This document shows, piece after piece, positions 1 through 14,927 of a stretch of DNA of 64,000 nt; within the stretch, counting starts at the first letter, position 1, and every line of letters starts with the position of its first letter. Below the pieces are notes generated by a model. That model had not been told where the DNA came from, made no database searches, and saw only the letters and a list, made by a program, of their open reading frames with translations. The stretch is taken from contig OZ024740.1 of assembly GCA_964016885.1 (NCBI GenBank), positions 233,802,001-233,866,000 of the forward strand, given 5' to 3'. The stretch is from Eledone cirrhosa (taxonomy: Eukaryota). Both the position numbers and the translations under genes were made by a program.

Positions 1-372
1 CGAAATTTCATTTCCCACTCTTAGTACGGCTGTTACTTAAATATAAGTATGTATACGTACATACATATATGTATACAGACGTACAGTAGTATATATATAC
101 ATACACGCACACATATATATATGTACGTATGGATTCACCAAACATTTATTATAATGCTCGGTGTGTTTGTAAACAAACATCCCGTATTACACCGTTATAT
201 ATATATATATATATAACGTGCCACTGCACACTTTCTGTCTGCTAAATTTTACATTTCACTCAAATATCTGAAATATCACATAAAATTAAAACACTTCTAT
301 GAAAAATAGAATGAAGGAAATAATTCTTTCTAACATTGGCACAAGTGTAGTAGAATGAAATAAATATAGTAA

Positions 373-553
373 TTGTTTCTACTTTTGGCACAAGGCCAGC
401 AATTATAACAGTGTATTACTGGTACTTTATTTTATCGACCCCGTAAGGATGAAAGGCAAAGTTAACCTCGGCGGGATTTGAACGCAATCCGTAAAGGGAC
501 GTAACTCTGCTGCAAAGCATGGCGTCCGACCCTCTACCGACACTGCCAATCCA
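373..553 (-). mobile_element. tRNA-derived SINE, family A
   Basis: Reverse complement of the repeat GGATTGGCAGT...GTTCAAATCCCGCCGAGGTTAACTTTGCCTTTCATCC...GTAGAAACAATT, seen about 10 times in the window; A/B-box-like motifs. Confidence 0.85.
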
Positions 554-581
554 CAAATATAATAATAAAGGATATTCTCAC

Positions 582-792
582 CAACATCGTTAAAGCTATC
601 ACACTGAGAGTAGTTTCCGGGGGTAGACTCAGCGTGAAGCGAGAATATACCTCCAATGATGTAGTCACCTGATTTATATAATGAATTAGATGTAAGTCTT
701 GTCACTGGTTCAATTCTCAGCTTTGGTAACTGTTCAGCAGTTGTGATTATGATCAACATGGCAAGAGGTATGAAATATCTGCAGTTATCCAT
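582..792 (-). CDS. First coding exon of a class C GPCR (mGluR/CaSR/T1R/V2R-type Venus-flytrap N-terminus); gene continues left of the window
   Basis: ATG at 792-790, hydrophobic signal peptide (YFIPLAMLIIITTA), motif KSGDYIIGGIFSLH followed by a Cys as in class C GPCR N-termini, and a phase-1 donor G|GTGAGA at 581. A possible acceptor (tttctattgtttaaaaAG) lies at 813-814. The ORF track reads on past the donor into intron and SINE. Confidence 0.8.
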
Positions 793-874
793 CACTCATT
801 TCAGTGCAGTTGCTTTTTAAACAATAGAAATAATAATGGTTTCTTTAAACATCAATAATAATAATTATAATAAT

Positions 875-1665
875 GTTTTTTCTTTATTAACCACACGGGT
901 TGACATAAAGTATAACATTAAGGACAGCACAGGACGGTACAAATGGGTATTTCTGCGTGTAAAGAAAAAACAAAGGAAATGACAAAAAAGAAACAAAGTA
1001 AAATTCCCCAATAAGGGGGAGACATTCGAGGGACACTCGTGGAGAAAATCCATTAAAAAATGGTGATCCTGACCACAAGGGCAAGTGCCCTCTCCTGTTT
1101 TCCACCTCCAATTTACAGGCGCATACTCAGAGCAGGCCCATTCACTCGCGCCATGCTTGCCTCTCTCACCCATCTTTCACCACCGTGATTTTCCTTTACA
1201 AATGAAATTTGAAAAATTTAATCAGGGCATCACCAAAGAGGTAAGTGCTCGTCTTCAGTCCTTTCAAACGCGTCCACCACATGACCTCTTTTGCCATAGT
1301 CAAAAGGCAGATAAAAACTGCCTGCCCTTCCCGGTTAAAGGAAGGCGGCGGGGCAATCCTCACGATGGACTCAGTTAATAGCCGGATCCGTCCTACACGT
1401 GACAGCAGGTGTTCGACATAAACCCACAAGTCAGCAATGCTCGGACACTGGACAAGTACGTGAAGGACGGTTTCGTCGCCCTGCGCGCATCTCAAAGAGG
1501 CCTGGCTGACGGCACTTCCATGCCTGTAGAGTTTTTCCCGAGCTAGCAAATCTCCCCGGTAGCACTGCCAGGCCAAGGATTTCTGGAAGTTGCCTATGGG
1601 CCCCGGCCCGAAGGTTTTCTCGAAGAGATAGGCTAGTTGATTTTCGTCGACGCCCAGAGTCTCCC
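875..1665 (-). mobile_element. Tx1/L1-like LINE, 3' end (zf-RVT), decayed
   Basis: LRCAQGDETVLHVLVQCPS zinc knuckle; 3' UTR ending GTGGTTAATAAA plus (ATT)n. Confidence 0.75.
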
Positions 1666-1674
1666 CACATAAGC

Positions 1675-3975
1675 TTACACATAGGGGACAATACAAAGAC
1701 AGGGACACTGGGAGTTGACAATGAAATCGTGTAAGAAATGTATATAAGGAATGACAATAAACAGTAAAAATCAAACAACGAAATTCCCCAGTAGGGAGAT
1801 AACCAGCCAAGGGACTATCACCAAACCTGAACCACCCGACATTTCCAGAGCACCCGATGAGGGCACCCTCTCCTCTCCAAATCAGCCTGCTTACAGGCGC
1901 ATGGTCAGAGTAGGCTCACTCACACGGGCCATTATCACCACATTCACCCACCTTTTAACAAATGTACTGAGAGGCAGCACTTCTGTCTCCACCCTTACCT
2001 TTCTTTCCAAGTTAAACTCGAAAAGATCGATGAGGGATTGGCAGAAGAGAAAAGGTCTGTCTTCAGTCATTTCAGCCTCGTCCACTACACAACCGCTTTC
2101 GCTATAGCCACAAGAGGGCGGTGGGGCTATCTTCACGATGGACTCGGTTGATAGCTGGATCCGTGCCACACGTGGCAACAGTTGTTTGACGCAACTCCGC
2201 AAGCCAGTAGTGCACGGAAACTGGACGAGTGCGTGAAGAAGAGTTTCCTCGTTCTACCCGCATCTCTGTAGAGTTTATCCCGGTAGCACGGTCAAGCGAG
2301 GGATTTCAGGAAGTTATCCATAGTCCCCGGCTTAAAAGTCCTCCGGAACAGATTGTTCAGTTCAATTTCGTCGATGCCTAGTGCCTCTCCAAGAGAGTCG
2401 TCGCACCTGCCCACCACTAATCCTCTAAAGATCTCTAGAGTGAAATTTTCACTGACCGCATTTCCCGCCTGGTAGAGGGCGTAGTGAGCACTTGGTAACA
2501 TTCCAGATGCCAGGCGCCCAGTCATGGTATCTTCTTGACCTAAGACTGCAGTTCAGTCAAAGGGACGAGCTCTTGAAAGGCCTGTCTCACAAACGGTGAC
2601 CACGCCTGTTCACCATTTAAAAATATCCCTCTTATTCTCGTCTTTCCTCATCAGCGTCACTACGCCCCGGCTCACAGACTTGGGAATACTCCCGCTCTGC
2701 TGCCAGTTGCAGGAGACCGCTTCAGGTAGATCGGAGCACAAGTCTGGCATATCTACGTAAAACTCGTAGCGAAGACCATCCAGACCATCCAAGCCGTGTG
2801 ACTTCGAGACTTCGTAGGACAGACCATCTAGACCATCCAGACTTCGTGCAACCGACTAGGGCATCCCGAATCTTGACTGATATTATCGGTTCTTCGCAAC
2901 ACTCAGCATCGGCCGTCGAGGTAAGAACTGAAGTCCGCTACCGTCTCCGACCCACACCGCTCCCATCGAACATTCGAGCAAAGTGCTGACAAAAGGCCAC
3001 ACACATCTGCCTGGAATAATTCAGCACGCATTCGTCGCGGTCCGTCAAAGACTAAATTTTGGTTTTGTTACAACGCTGCGTCTCCGCCACTCGGGCCCAT
3101 CAGACAGCTTTCCTTCCCTCGTGTCTTAGAGCACACGCATTAGCTCTGACAATGCAACCTTCGTATTGAATAAATCGTCTAATGCGATTCTCGCCGTTAG
3201 TATGTCAGTTGAAATGCCACTTCTAATCGTCTCATCTAACTTAGCTACAAGCTCCCCCTCCTTTCTATTATTTTTCTCTCGCTACTTATTTACTCAAACC
3301 TATTGAAAGTAGTGTAATCTCTCTCTTGGGAACACTTCACCACCTGCTGTTGACGACCCACCAACTGTTGTTGATGACCACTCCGAGTCAACTTTCACTT
3401 AACTCGCGTGATGATCCGGTCCCTGTAGCCTTTAGGCGCCGGTAATGAGGTGTTAAGAAACCAGTAACCAGGTCCTAGCCTTCATATTCTATCTAGGTCG
3501 ACTATGCAGATCAGAAATTTATTATCTGAATAGGTGACTGTTCGGATATGTGGACAACCTATTTTATCCTTATCTGCTGACCTAACGAAAAACTTATCTA
3601 TATATGATCTAGATGTCCCTATGCAATTTGTTCAGGTCCACACTGGCGCATTCGGGAAATCTAGTCGGTACCTGTCAGACAGTTGCTATTAGCTGATCAG
3701 TTACCTGAGGCGTTTTGAAGCTCCCGCTCCTATCAGCTACTCCCACACAATCCCAGCGTGTGTCTAAAATGTTATTCCAGTTCCCCACTAAGCGTAAAGG
3801 GCGAGACGTTCCCAGAAAGGCTTCCGTGCACCTAAAGAAGTCCGGTCGTCCGGCCCCCGTCGGTGTGTGTACTGCCACCTAATCTAAAGGCACCACCTTC
3901 GCTATTGTTCACGTCCAGGAGCACCAACATAGCGTCCGGATCCAGGAAGATCGTCCTTACCTCGAGATCCAGGTA
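1675..3975 (-). mobile_element. Second Tx1/L1-like LINE copy (APE endonuclease, RT and zf-RVT fragments), decayed
   Basis: APE-like PDFFR..AFLGTSRPL.LVGNWN.ILD at 3700-3950; RT-proximal GLDGLRYEFY...GSIPKSVSRGVVTLMRK at 2610-2790; C-terminus parallels the 875-1665 copy. Confidence 0.75.
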
Positions 3976-3979
3976 TTTG

Positions 3980-5280
3980 GATGTTCTGGAGACAGATAAG
4001 ATCAAGGACAATATAATGAAGGAGATAAGATCTGAATACATAAGAAGAGTAAGGAACATATTAAATCAGGTCTGAATACTAGAAATGTCATGAGTTCAGT
4101 AAATTTCCGAGTTGTGACTATTATTAGGTACATTCAAAAAAATAAACAATAAAGAAAACGTTAAACATTATTAGGTACAATGCGGGAATTCTTAAACGGA
4201 ACGTAAACAAGCAAAAAGAACTGGATAGAAAAAAGGAAATTAATGACTACCTACACTATGTTTCCTAAGAAGAGTGATGTTGATAGACTGTACTTAAGGA
4301 GATCTGAAGGTGAAAGATGTCAAATCAGCGTGGATAACAGTGTTCAGATGAAGAAGGGTTGTCTACACACATATGTGTCTGAGAGTAATGAGCCAATGTA
4401 TGCATTGATGGAGCAAGCAATAGTCCAGAGGGAGTCCAAGAAAGAAGTAACAACAAAGCGGAATAACAACCTAAATGAAAAGGCCCTTCGAGCATCTTTT
4501 TAAAAAAAACAGAATTCAGAGATTCGCAGACAAGGAACTGGTTAAACAAAGGGGATCTTAAAAAAGCCACCGAGGGAATGCTACTGGATGAACAAGCCCT
4601 TAGAACGAAGTGGATTAAACATTATATTGACCAGGAGGAGGTTAACCCACTTTGTAGGATCTGTGGAGAGAGAGAGAGAAGAAGAGAGAGGAAGCTGTGG
4701 CTCACATCGTATCCGAATGTAAACTCCTAGCCCTGACTCAGTATAAAGGATGGGGAATGATATCATAGGGAAAGTGGTTCACTGGCATTTATGAAAACTG
4801 AACAAATTGTGTCATATGATCATATGCCAGAGTTGGTGATAGAAAACGTTCGGATGAAGGTGCTGTGGGATTTCAGGATAGAAACGGACAGAAAATTAGA
4901 ACACAATAAGCCTGACCTGATAGTTTTTGACATGAAAAAAGATTTGCTTGATTATAGATGTAGCTCGCCTCTTTGACACAAGAGTGCAAAAAAAAAAAAA
5001 GGAGAAAGAAAAAATTAACCAGTACCCGATTTAAAATGAAAAGGATTTGGAATTGTCATGAGATCAAGGTCATCTCCATCATCATATGAGCTCTAGCTAC
5101 TGTCTAGGTTGGCTAAAGGACATTAATCCACGCAGCCTCTTTTTTTGGAGGGGGACACTCCAGAAGGCATGCTGACTGGGAACAGCAAGGTCCCTCCGAT
5201 ATGTCCTGAAAATCTGAGGCTACCAGTAGTTACCTGATGTTTATTAAGGCAAATTTTCCGGTTAAATAACAACAATGACT
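3980..5280 (+). mobile_element. R4/Dong-like LINE (RLE type), 3' half, decayed
   Basis: EYIRRVRNIL, KSDVDRLYLRRSEG and KVLWDFRIETDRKLEHNKPDLIVFD (restriction-like endonuclease PD motif); ends near (TAA)n. Confidence 0.8.
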
Positions 5281-5334
5281 GAGATATCAAAGTAATAATC
5301 ATAATAATGATGATTATGATCGTAATAATTTTTT

Positions 5335-5520
5335 TATTAACCACAGAGGTTGTCGTAATGATGGAATATGGTACAGGACGATACAGCTTGGGCTTACATG
5401 AACACGTGTAAAATAAATATTTATAACAAACGCAAAAAGAAAATGTGTAACGATAAAATGAAACAGAAAATTCCCCCAACATGTAAGGGGATCGTCTTTC
5501 AAGGGTAGTTGTGGAAAACC
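5335..5520 (-). mobile_element. Solo 3' tail of the Tx1/L1-like LINE
   Basis: Similar to 880-1060 (TTATTAACCACA...CAGGACG...AAAATTCCCC). Confidence 0.65.
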
Positions 5521-5729
5521 CTGCTCGATAGCGCCACGTATATGAAATATGCGCTGTTGAAATTTAATTAACCAGGTTATTCATTCAATTAGTAGACAGA
5601 GAGGTGTCTCGTAGATTTGCTTAAACAATTCTAAGTAAAATATAACTCCGGTACGATGAAATAACTTAAGTTTTTACACAAATATTGTGTGAGTCCTTGC
5701 AGGTAAGTATGCATACTTAGAAGAGATAA

Positions 5730-5860
5730 TATTTATTAAGGTCAAGTTATAGTCCTGTTACTGTGTAGTTTCGTTTGTGTACTCACAGGATCATCTCTGA
5801 TGATCCTGTCAGTACATAAGGGAAACTCATGAGTTACAGGTCTCTGCCTGACCTTAATAT
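5730..5860. repeat. Degenerate fold-back containing an HHR core (CTGATGA 5797-5803, GAAActcatgagTT 5822-5835)
   Basis: Palindrome TGTACTCACAGGATCATC/GATGATCCTGTCAGTACA centred near 5796; the 5' strand of stem I is lost at the inversion point. Confidence 0.55.
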
Positions 5861-6139
5861 ATAAATATAATTATATACTTTATAAACAACAATCAAAGAG
5901 TGTTTTAGAACATTTAATTACTAACGATCGTTTCATCCAAGCACAAGGCCGATATCATCGGAAGATAAATCAAAGGTTAAAACACAAATAAACTTATCAA
6001 AGAACATTTTGAGGATACACAATAAAGGAAGAAAGCATAAATATTAACATTTATACGTTGAGCTATTCTCATATCATACTTGTAATTGGATAATATTTAA
6101 TATTACCCACATTTATATATATATATATATATATATATA

Positions 6140-6410
6140 GGTGAAGAACAAAACAAAAACAAGGAGTGCAGTTACGAACAGTATTGGTATTAGGTTCACG
6201 CTTGAGAGTGGGGGTGAGGGACGACGTTTCGGGCATAAGTCCTTCATCACGAGACAGGTGGGAAGGAAAAGAGGGTGTGAGGGGGAGTGGTGGATAGACA
6301 TTAAAATAAAGGGGAAAAAAATTTAAATGAAGGAAAAAAAATTAAAATGAAAACAAGTGGTGAAAGGGTGTGAGGCGTGTAGAGGTGGTGGTGCGTGGAG
6401 GGAGGGAGAG
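6140..6410 (-). mobile_element. PLE 3' tail with minimal HHR core, same family as 53100-53250
   Basis: Minus strand gTGATGA-aggac-ttat-gccc-GAAAcgTC, then CCCCACTCTCAAG...TGTTCGTA..TGC as at 53135-53245; abuts (TA)n. Confidence 0.7.
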
Positions 6411-6641
6411 GGGATATATATATTAATACAATTATATGATTATATATATATATATATGGAGGGGTGCGTACTTATGTATGCATGTGTGTATGTATGTATG
6501 TATCTATGTATGTATGTATGTATGTATGTGTGTGTATCTATATATGTGTGTGTAGAAGGATTATTAAATAACCTAACCAACATTGATGAATATAATAATT
6601 AAAGCAACTAATGAAAGAGCAACGAAGTGAGAAATACTTAC

Positions 6642-6831
6642 GTTCCAATGTCTTCCATATATATTGGATACAAACAGAATATTTCACCTATCGTCACTCT
6701 GTATCTCTATATTGCTGTAGATCTCAACTAGTTTGGTCACTTACAGCAGCTGATCAAAGACTGAGACTGTTCCAGTGGTGTAGTACTGTTGTAATAATTG
6801 TATATACTGAACAACTCTAAGGCACGTCAAA
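6642..6831 (-). other. Candidate non-coding (5' UTR) exon, possibly of the GPCR gene
   Basis: Non-repetitive 190 bp bounded on the minus strand by acceptor tttttatctcAG and donor GTAAGT; same strand as, and upstream of, the GPCR exon. Confidence 0.35.
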
Positions 6832-6963
6832 CTGAGATAAAAACAGCAATGCGGGAAAAGGAGACTAAGAGAGAGGTAGATAGTAAGATAGGTAGTTACC
6901 TAGCTCGATAGATAAAACGATAGATAGCTACCTGGCTATACATATAGAGAGAGAGAGATAGAG

Positions 6964-7038
<75 letters not shown>

Positions 7039-7626
7039 ATGAGGTAAGTGCTATTTTCCGTCTATTTCAAATTTTCATTATGCATATTGAACACCTGTAG
7101 AATACTAAATAGACAATAGAAGAGTGTGAATAAGATATGTCGAGAGTTAAAGGGTTCAGACACATAAGTAGATAGATAGATCGATAGATCGATAGATACA
7201 CACACATCACACTCACACAATTATATATAATGATTCATACATGCATGTCTAAAAACATACATACATTCATGCGTACGTACATGCATACATGCATGTCTAC
7301 ATACATACAAACATGCATGTATACATACATACATAGTTACATACATACATACTTGCTTGTCTACATACATACATACATACATACATACATACATGCTTAC
7401 ACACATACATATATGTGTGCCTATGGACAATGTATTAATGAACGAGGGTTAAATAAATCACTAAATGGAAACAAAGATACTTAGAAACAGTTATACAGCA
7501 GTTATTACCAGGTTTCTTTCTTTAAATGAATATTGTCTGTCATTTATTGGATAACCGCCATCTTAAAGTTGCTATTGTCATTAACACATCCTGTATTGAA
7601 GAGAAAGGAAATCTGATCCTCTCGCT

Positions 7627-7787
<161 letters not shown>

Positions 7788-7824
7788 TATATATAGATAT
7801 ATATATATATAGAGAGAGAGAAGA

Positions 7825-7990
7825 GCTTCTACAGGACTAGAACTGTTTCATTCGTGAGAAATCATCAGGAGCTTCCTGATGATAAAACAGTTCTAGTCCT
7901 GTAGAAGCTATTCTATATTAAAACTTTTATACTCTGCTATGTATTGAGTACCTTACTTACAGTGGTTACCTCCGATTCAACCCGTATGGC
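7825..7990. ncRNA. Fold-back pair of type I hammerhead motifs (minus 7825-7872; plus 7871-7908 with stem II deleted) plus PLE-like tail
   Basis: gcttc-CTGATGA-...-AAA-cag-ttctagtc-ctg-TA-gaagc; the minus copy keeps stem II tttctcacgaat and GAAA. Confidence 0.75.
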
Positions 7991-8143
7991 GTAAATATAC
8001 AATACAACAGGAGGAACATAATAGCACCACTGCCGATGTTGCAGATGTGCAACGAAAGAACTTCGTTAGACTATATATATATGTGTTTATATCTATATTA
8101 TATCTGGCAATATTATTACAACAATATGACCCTGCCCAAGTAT

Positions 8144-8238
<95 letters not shown>

Positions 8239-8255
8239 CATATACACACACACAC

Positions 8256-8515
<260 letters not shown>

Positions 8516-8518
8516 GAA

Positions 8519-8569
<51 letters not shown>

Positions 8570-8754
8570 ATACATTAACAGAGAAAGCTTTAAGCAATAC
8601 TCCGACCGACCGACTTCCGTCTCACTCAACAAACATTAGGATATACCTTAGTATAATCCCAATTATACGTTTGGGGTGCTAACTATACGTATTTTGCGGA
8701 TAGCCAGTTGTATTATTTTATATGAGACATAATTAAATACATTTCATTTTTTCC

Positions 8755-8814
<60 letters not shown>

Positions 8815-8934
8815 AAAAAATGAAATTTCATTTCTCACTCTTAGTACGGCTGATGCTTAAATATAAGTATGTATACGTACATACATATATGCATACAGAC
8901 GTACAGTAGTATGTATATGCATACATACATACAT

Positions 8935-9004
<70 letters not shown>

Positions 9005-9107
9005 GCGGCCGTCCAGGGTAGAAGATGCTGAAGGTTCGGTCGCCCTCATGTCCCTGATTTTTCAGCCCCATGGATTTTGTCTATTGTATTCCTATGTTAT
9101 ATTTCAA

Positions 9108-9166
9108 ATACCTGATGATTGTCACCGGATTAATACTGAACCCGGTCATTGAAATGATCATAGTAT
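9108..9166 (+). ncRNA. Type I hammerhead ribozyme motif
   Basis: atac-CTGATGA-[accgg/ccggt stem II]-GAAA-tgatca-TA-gtat; related copy at 50666-50726. Confidence 0.7.
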
Positions 9167-9358
9167 AATAACCCTTTCAAGGAAGTACACCACTCCAGCC
9201 TCCTGTTATTTTTATAATAATTAACTCCGTACTCGCACCACCAACCACACAAACGAAGACGGGTGAGTTGCATTACGTTGAGTGCTTTCCATAATATTAC
9301 ATCGCTGTTGACCATACGGAATGATCATTTCTACCCAGTGGTAAACCAATAAACCTAA

Positions 9359-9420
<62 letters not shown>

Positions 9421-9427
9421 ATATATT

Positions 9428-9516
9428 CAGGGCGTTCCCAAAAATATATACACCATTCTTATAAATATGGCCTGAACAGGTAATCAAAGTGTCTATACAT
9501 TTTTTAGGACACCTTC
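9428..9516. mobile_element. Tiny Tc1/mariner-like MITE remnant
   Basis: Imperfect TIRs CAGGGCGTTCCCAAAAATATATACAC / GTGTCTATACATTTTTTAGGACACCTTC in a TA context. Confidence 0.45.
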
Positions 9517-9556
<40 letters not shown>

Positions 9557-11099
9557 AATATATATTGTTACACTTTAAGGGGCTCAAAATGCCCCCCCCC
9601 CAAAAAAAAAACACACACTGCGTGAGTTTCACTTCCGTTATTATTTTTTAGTCGGGTAACTACCAAATGGTTACATAATTTTCAAACTTCTTTTGTCACA
9701 CATTTTATGACCATCTATTTTTATTTCTTGCTCTCTGAGTTTCTTCCTCAGTTCTGCTCTGGATGTTCCATCTTTTTTCCGCTTTAAAAGCTCAACAACA
9801 GCTGGTGTCTTCACTTGGAACAACGGAACTCTTACGTAGTCTCTCAAACTTATAAAATACAGTTTCCGAATCTCATTCAAAAACGTCTTACATTACCTTA
9901 ACAAAAAATACCACATAAGATGCTATAATTCTTGACATACTATATTTGAAAAAAATCATGATGGTCATGACTGGCATATCTTGGATCATATGGTCGATCA
10001 GGGCTGAACTGGGGAGGCTAAAGGAGAACGACCACTGCAGCAACAACAAAAAACACCAGAAGCCTAGATTATTACGCTCTACTTTATACAAGGAAACATT
10101 AAATGTTGGCGTGTGCAATTCTAATTGGTGTGTGATGAACCAAATATATCTAAAGGGAGATGGTATGAGATCGATCTAGGAAATTGGGAAACAAAACACT
10201 TAAGATAATACAGATAGAAACACTCAATCGAAGTCATTGATCTTTCACTCGCCTGTCTCACTTTTTCTCTACCTTCTCCCCCTCTTTCTTCCTTTCTTTT
10301 CCTTTCCCTATATCTCTCTCTGTTTGTTTTTTCTCTCACACACATTCTGTACATTTCACCTTGCTCCATTTTCTCTCTCCCACACTCATGTGTCCATGTA
10401 TCACAACCACTCTCATTCCAACCTTTTCTACCTCACCGCCATTGGCCTTCATTTTTTTCTTTGCACAATCATAAGTGTGTGTGTCTGAATGCATTCCATG
10501 TTCCGAAGGAGATAGATGGAAAAAGATGTACAACGTCAGCTAGATGGTTGGTATGAAGTACACAGCCCCTACCCGAAAATTACAGGTGTAGAAGCAATAG
10601 AGATCAATAATTTCACTTATATGTTCAACTACTTAATACGACGTCGTCCGTGTATTGATCAGTTAAACAAGTTGAGCATCAGTTAAAGTAAAACAGTTAA
10701 TTGTTATGTAATATAATGATCATGGGAATAATATAATACGCATCTCCCTCTCCCGCTCTCTCTCTCCTTCTCCCCCCCCCCCCTTTCTCTCTCTCTCTCT
10801 CTCTCTCTCTTTCACACACACATACATATATATATATATATGAGTCTCGAGTTCAATCGGGGGTAACCACAGTTAGTATGGTACTCAGTACATTATTTAT
10901 ATATACGTTCCTAGCTTTGCAGTTAGTTTGTGGGCTTAGCTTGCAGACTATGCATTTCCAATCAGCACATAGGGATCTTTGAAATGGGTATGTTTTACTA
11001 ATTAGGGTTTTTATGGGAAATATATATATATGAATGTATGTATAGTATATTTGGCAATATACTGTATGTTTAATTAAAAACATTTACAAGACCATTCGC

Positions 11100-12087
<988 letters not shown>

Positions 12088-12212
12088 TCATGTATAAATC
12101 TTATATTCTCTCAGTGCTTCGCACGTTCAAAAGTTCGAGCTTCGTCTGTGGAAGGCTCACTCACTAATACCTCAATTTTACTGATAGGCAGAGAGAGGGA
12201 GACAAAGAGAGG

Positions 12213-12298
<86 letters not shown>

Positions 12299-12699
12299 GT
12301 ATGTTCGAGTGTGCTTCTAGTGCCGTAACCCAGTGCATTGTATAGCATGTTCAGGTCTTCGATGATTAAAATACCAAAATCTGATAATGAAAAACAAAAC
12401 CTGTCAAAGATTGGATGAATTCAGAAATACAAATGCTCATCTTAACCTTTGTAAATATGTATATGCGTATGTTTGCATTTATATGTGTATGCTAATGCAC
12501 ATAGGAGAAGGATCATCTAAGTTGAAACCTACAGCGATTGTAGTCTTTGGTTTGCTTGCTTTTGATTTTGCTTATTTTTTTAAGGGGTTAAACATTTCAA
12601 AGAATGAAACGCGTGCCTCACAAGCGTTTCTCACTATAAATATTGATGAGTTGTTCCTTTCTGTTTTCAAGTGTATGTTGTGGCTCGCGGTTCTTGGAA

Positions 12700-13188
12700 C
12701 TATATCTAATCTAATCAGGCCGAGTTTACACTCGCAAATAAGAAGAACCAGGGCCGCCCCCTAGGAGCATTGGATTTAGTGTACTTCATATTTGTTTCGG
12801 TTGCTGAATACAATCAGGAGTCGCTGCTTCTCCTGAAGGTCAATTCTAACTCGAGCAGGAGCGCCTTTCCATTGTCAATTTGCATTGATCATCTGCAAAG
12901 CCGCATTGTTCTCAGCACCACTACACCAGTCTGTCGATGCGTGCAGCTGGAACTACTGCCACCCATTGATTTGGCAGGATGTTTTTTCTTTTTTTTTAGA
13001 CGGCCGTTGAATCTTATGAGTTCTTCCGCCCTTTGTCAGGTTTTGTTTTTTGTCCTGCAGGGTGTCCAAAATCACCCTCCTCACCAAGTAAGTTTGGTCG
13101 GGTTGCCGGTTTAGTCGCCGAAGACCCGACCATGCGACAGGTTATGCTAGGTTACATGCTACCAGTAGCACTCAAGAGTGACCTGACT
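12700..13188 (-). mobile_element. Probable 5' leader of a non-LTR retroelement (leader shared with family B)
   Basis: 12995-13188 matches 30650-30845 and 39272-39460, then continues into different sequence. Confidence 0.5.
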
Positions 13189-13468
13189 ATAAATAGATAC
13201 TAAACAATTCGTTGCATCGACAGGAGAATCTTGCGCGTCTGCGATAATGAAGTAGCACCACGTCAAGTATTTCCTCATAGAAGAGAAAAAGCAGAAGGTG
13301 TAGTATAAGAGAGGAGAAGCTGTGGTTCCTCGTTTGCCTATGCAGCAGCACCCTTGGGTAAAATGCCGTCGGTGTTTAAAGAGTGGTGTCTTATTCCTGC
13401 CATTTTAGCGCAAAAGATGATATTACAAGATAACAAGTCTACAGCCTCCATGTGTATTTCTGCGTGAG

Positions 13469-13582
<114 letters not shown>

Positions 13583-13700
13583 ATATATATATGAAAAATA
13601 TGGGTGAGAAGAATACTGCTGGTTGCACATGGATAACATGTTATAAAATGAGTCCCTCAATTATATACACATATATATGTATATATATTATATACACATA

Positions 13701-13825
<125 letters not shown>

Positions 13826-13918
13826 GCAGAAGGGATATTCAATTTGTTGGTAATTCAACAAATATAAATGTTTATAACTGATTCAGAGCACTCGACAAAT
13901 TCTCTGGAGTATAATATT

Positions 13919-14067
13919 CAATGATATTAAATAAATGGAAACTATATTTATTAAACCATATTTATTCTATTATATATATTTCAAGGATACCAAAATTTTG
14001 GTACCCTTGAAATATATATAATAGAATAAATATGGTTTTATAAATATAGTTTCCATTTATTTAATAT

Positions 14068-14072
<5 letters not shown>
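13919..14072. repeat. Near-perfect palindrome with a half-HHR (GAAAtatataTA) on each arm
   Basis: Arms pair almost fully around CCAAAATTTTGG; related copy at 59690-60105. Confidence 0.8.
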
Positions 14073-14130
<58 letters not shown>

Positions 14131-14134
14131 CTTA

Positions 14135-14240
14135 ATCCCGCCGAGGTTAACTTTGCCTTTCATCCTTACGGGTCGATAAAATAAAATACCAGTAATCTAC
14201 TGGTAGTTGCTGGCCTTGTGCCAACAATAGAAACAATTAT
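14135..14240 (+). mobile_element. SINE family A, 5'-truncated
   Basis: ATCCCGCCGAGGTTAACTTTGCC...AGAAACAATT. Confidence 0.8.
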
Positions 14241-14262
14241 TTAGTTTAATAAAGAGAGACAA

Positions 14263-14328
<66 letters not shown>

Positions 14329-14383
14329 GTGAGGTTTTTTTTACAAAATGAAAAATAACCGAGGTGTCCTACACGAGTGGAAG

Positions 14384-14862
14384 TATAAAGAAAAAGAGAT
14401 GAAATCGAAAATGCAACTGAAGTCTTTTTTTTTTTTAAATATATATATTTATTTGGTTCCTTTACCGGTTTCGCAGTTCTTCTGCTTTTCAAAAGGTGAG
14501 TTGAGATGGAGGGTCTGTGGTTTTTCTCACATCTGGTTGGTCTCTAAATGTTACTTGTTTTATATGGAAATAGTGGCTCGAAAGCCAGGTTTTTCGAGAA
14601 GTAATTTGATTGGTTTGTCAATAATTATAATAAATTTCGCGCCAGTTCGCGTTACAATAGTTCTTCAAATAAGAGAGGTGGGGGGGTTGTCACAGGTTGT
14701 TTTTTCATATATGAGTGTTTGAGAGAAAAACCACAGACCCTCCATCTCAACTCACCTTTTGAAAAGCAGAAGAACTGCGAAACCGGTAAAGGAACCAAAA
14801 TAAATATATATATTTTTTTTTAAAATAAGACTTCTGTTGCATTTTCGATTTTATCTCTTTTT

Positions 14863-14868
<6 letters not shown>
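14384..14868. mobile_element. Fold-back PLE tail: about 145-bp inverted arms, each with a U3-A8 hammerhead (minus 14459-14496, plus 14755-14792)
   Basis: cctt-TTGAAAA-gcag-aagaa-ctgc-GAAA-ccgg-TA-aagg; lies between (TA)n tracts. Confidence 0.8.

Positions 14869-14927
<59 letters not shown>

Noticed and set aside
427-581. C-terminal part of the 122-aa ORF
   Set aside because: Lies past the GT donor; it is intron plus SINE read-through
5920-5966. Possible HHR on the minus strand (CCGATGA...GAAAcgatcgTT)
   Set aside because: Stem I pairing is poor and it is a single copy; probably a decayed remnant, so not called as a feature
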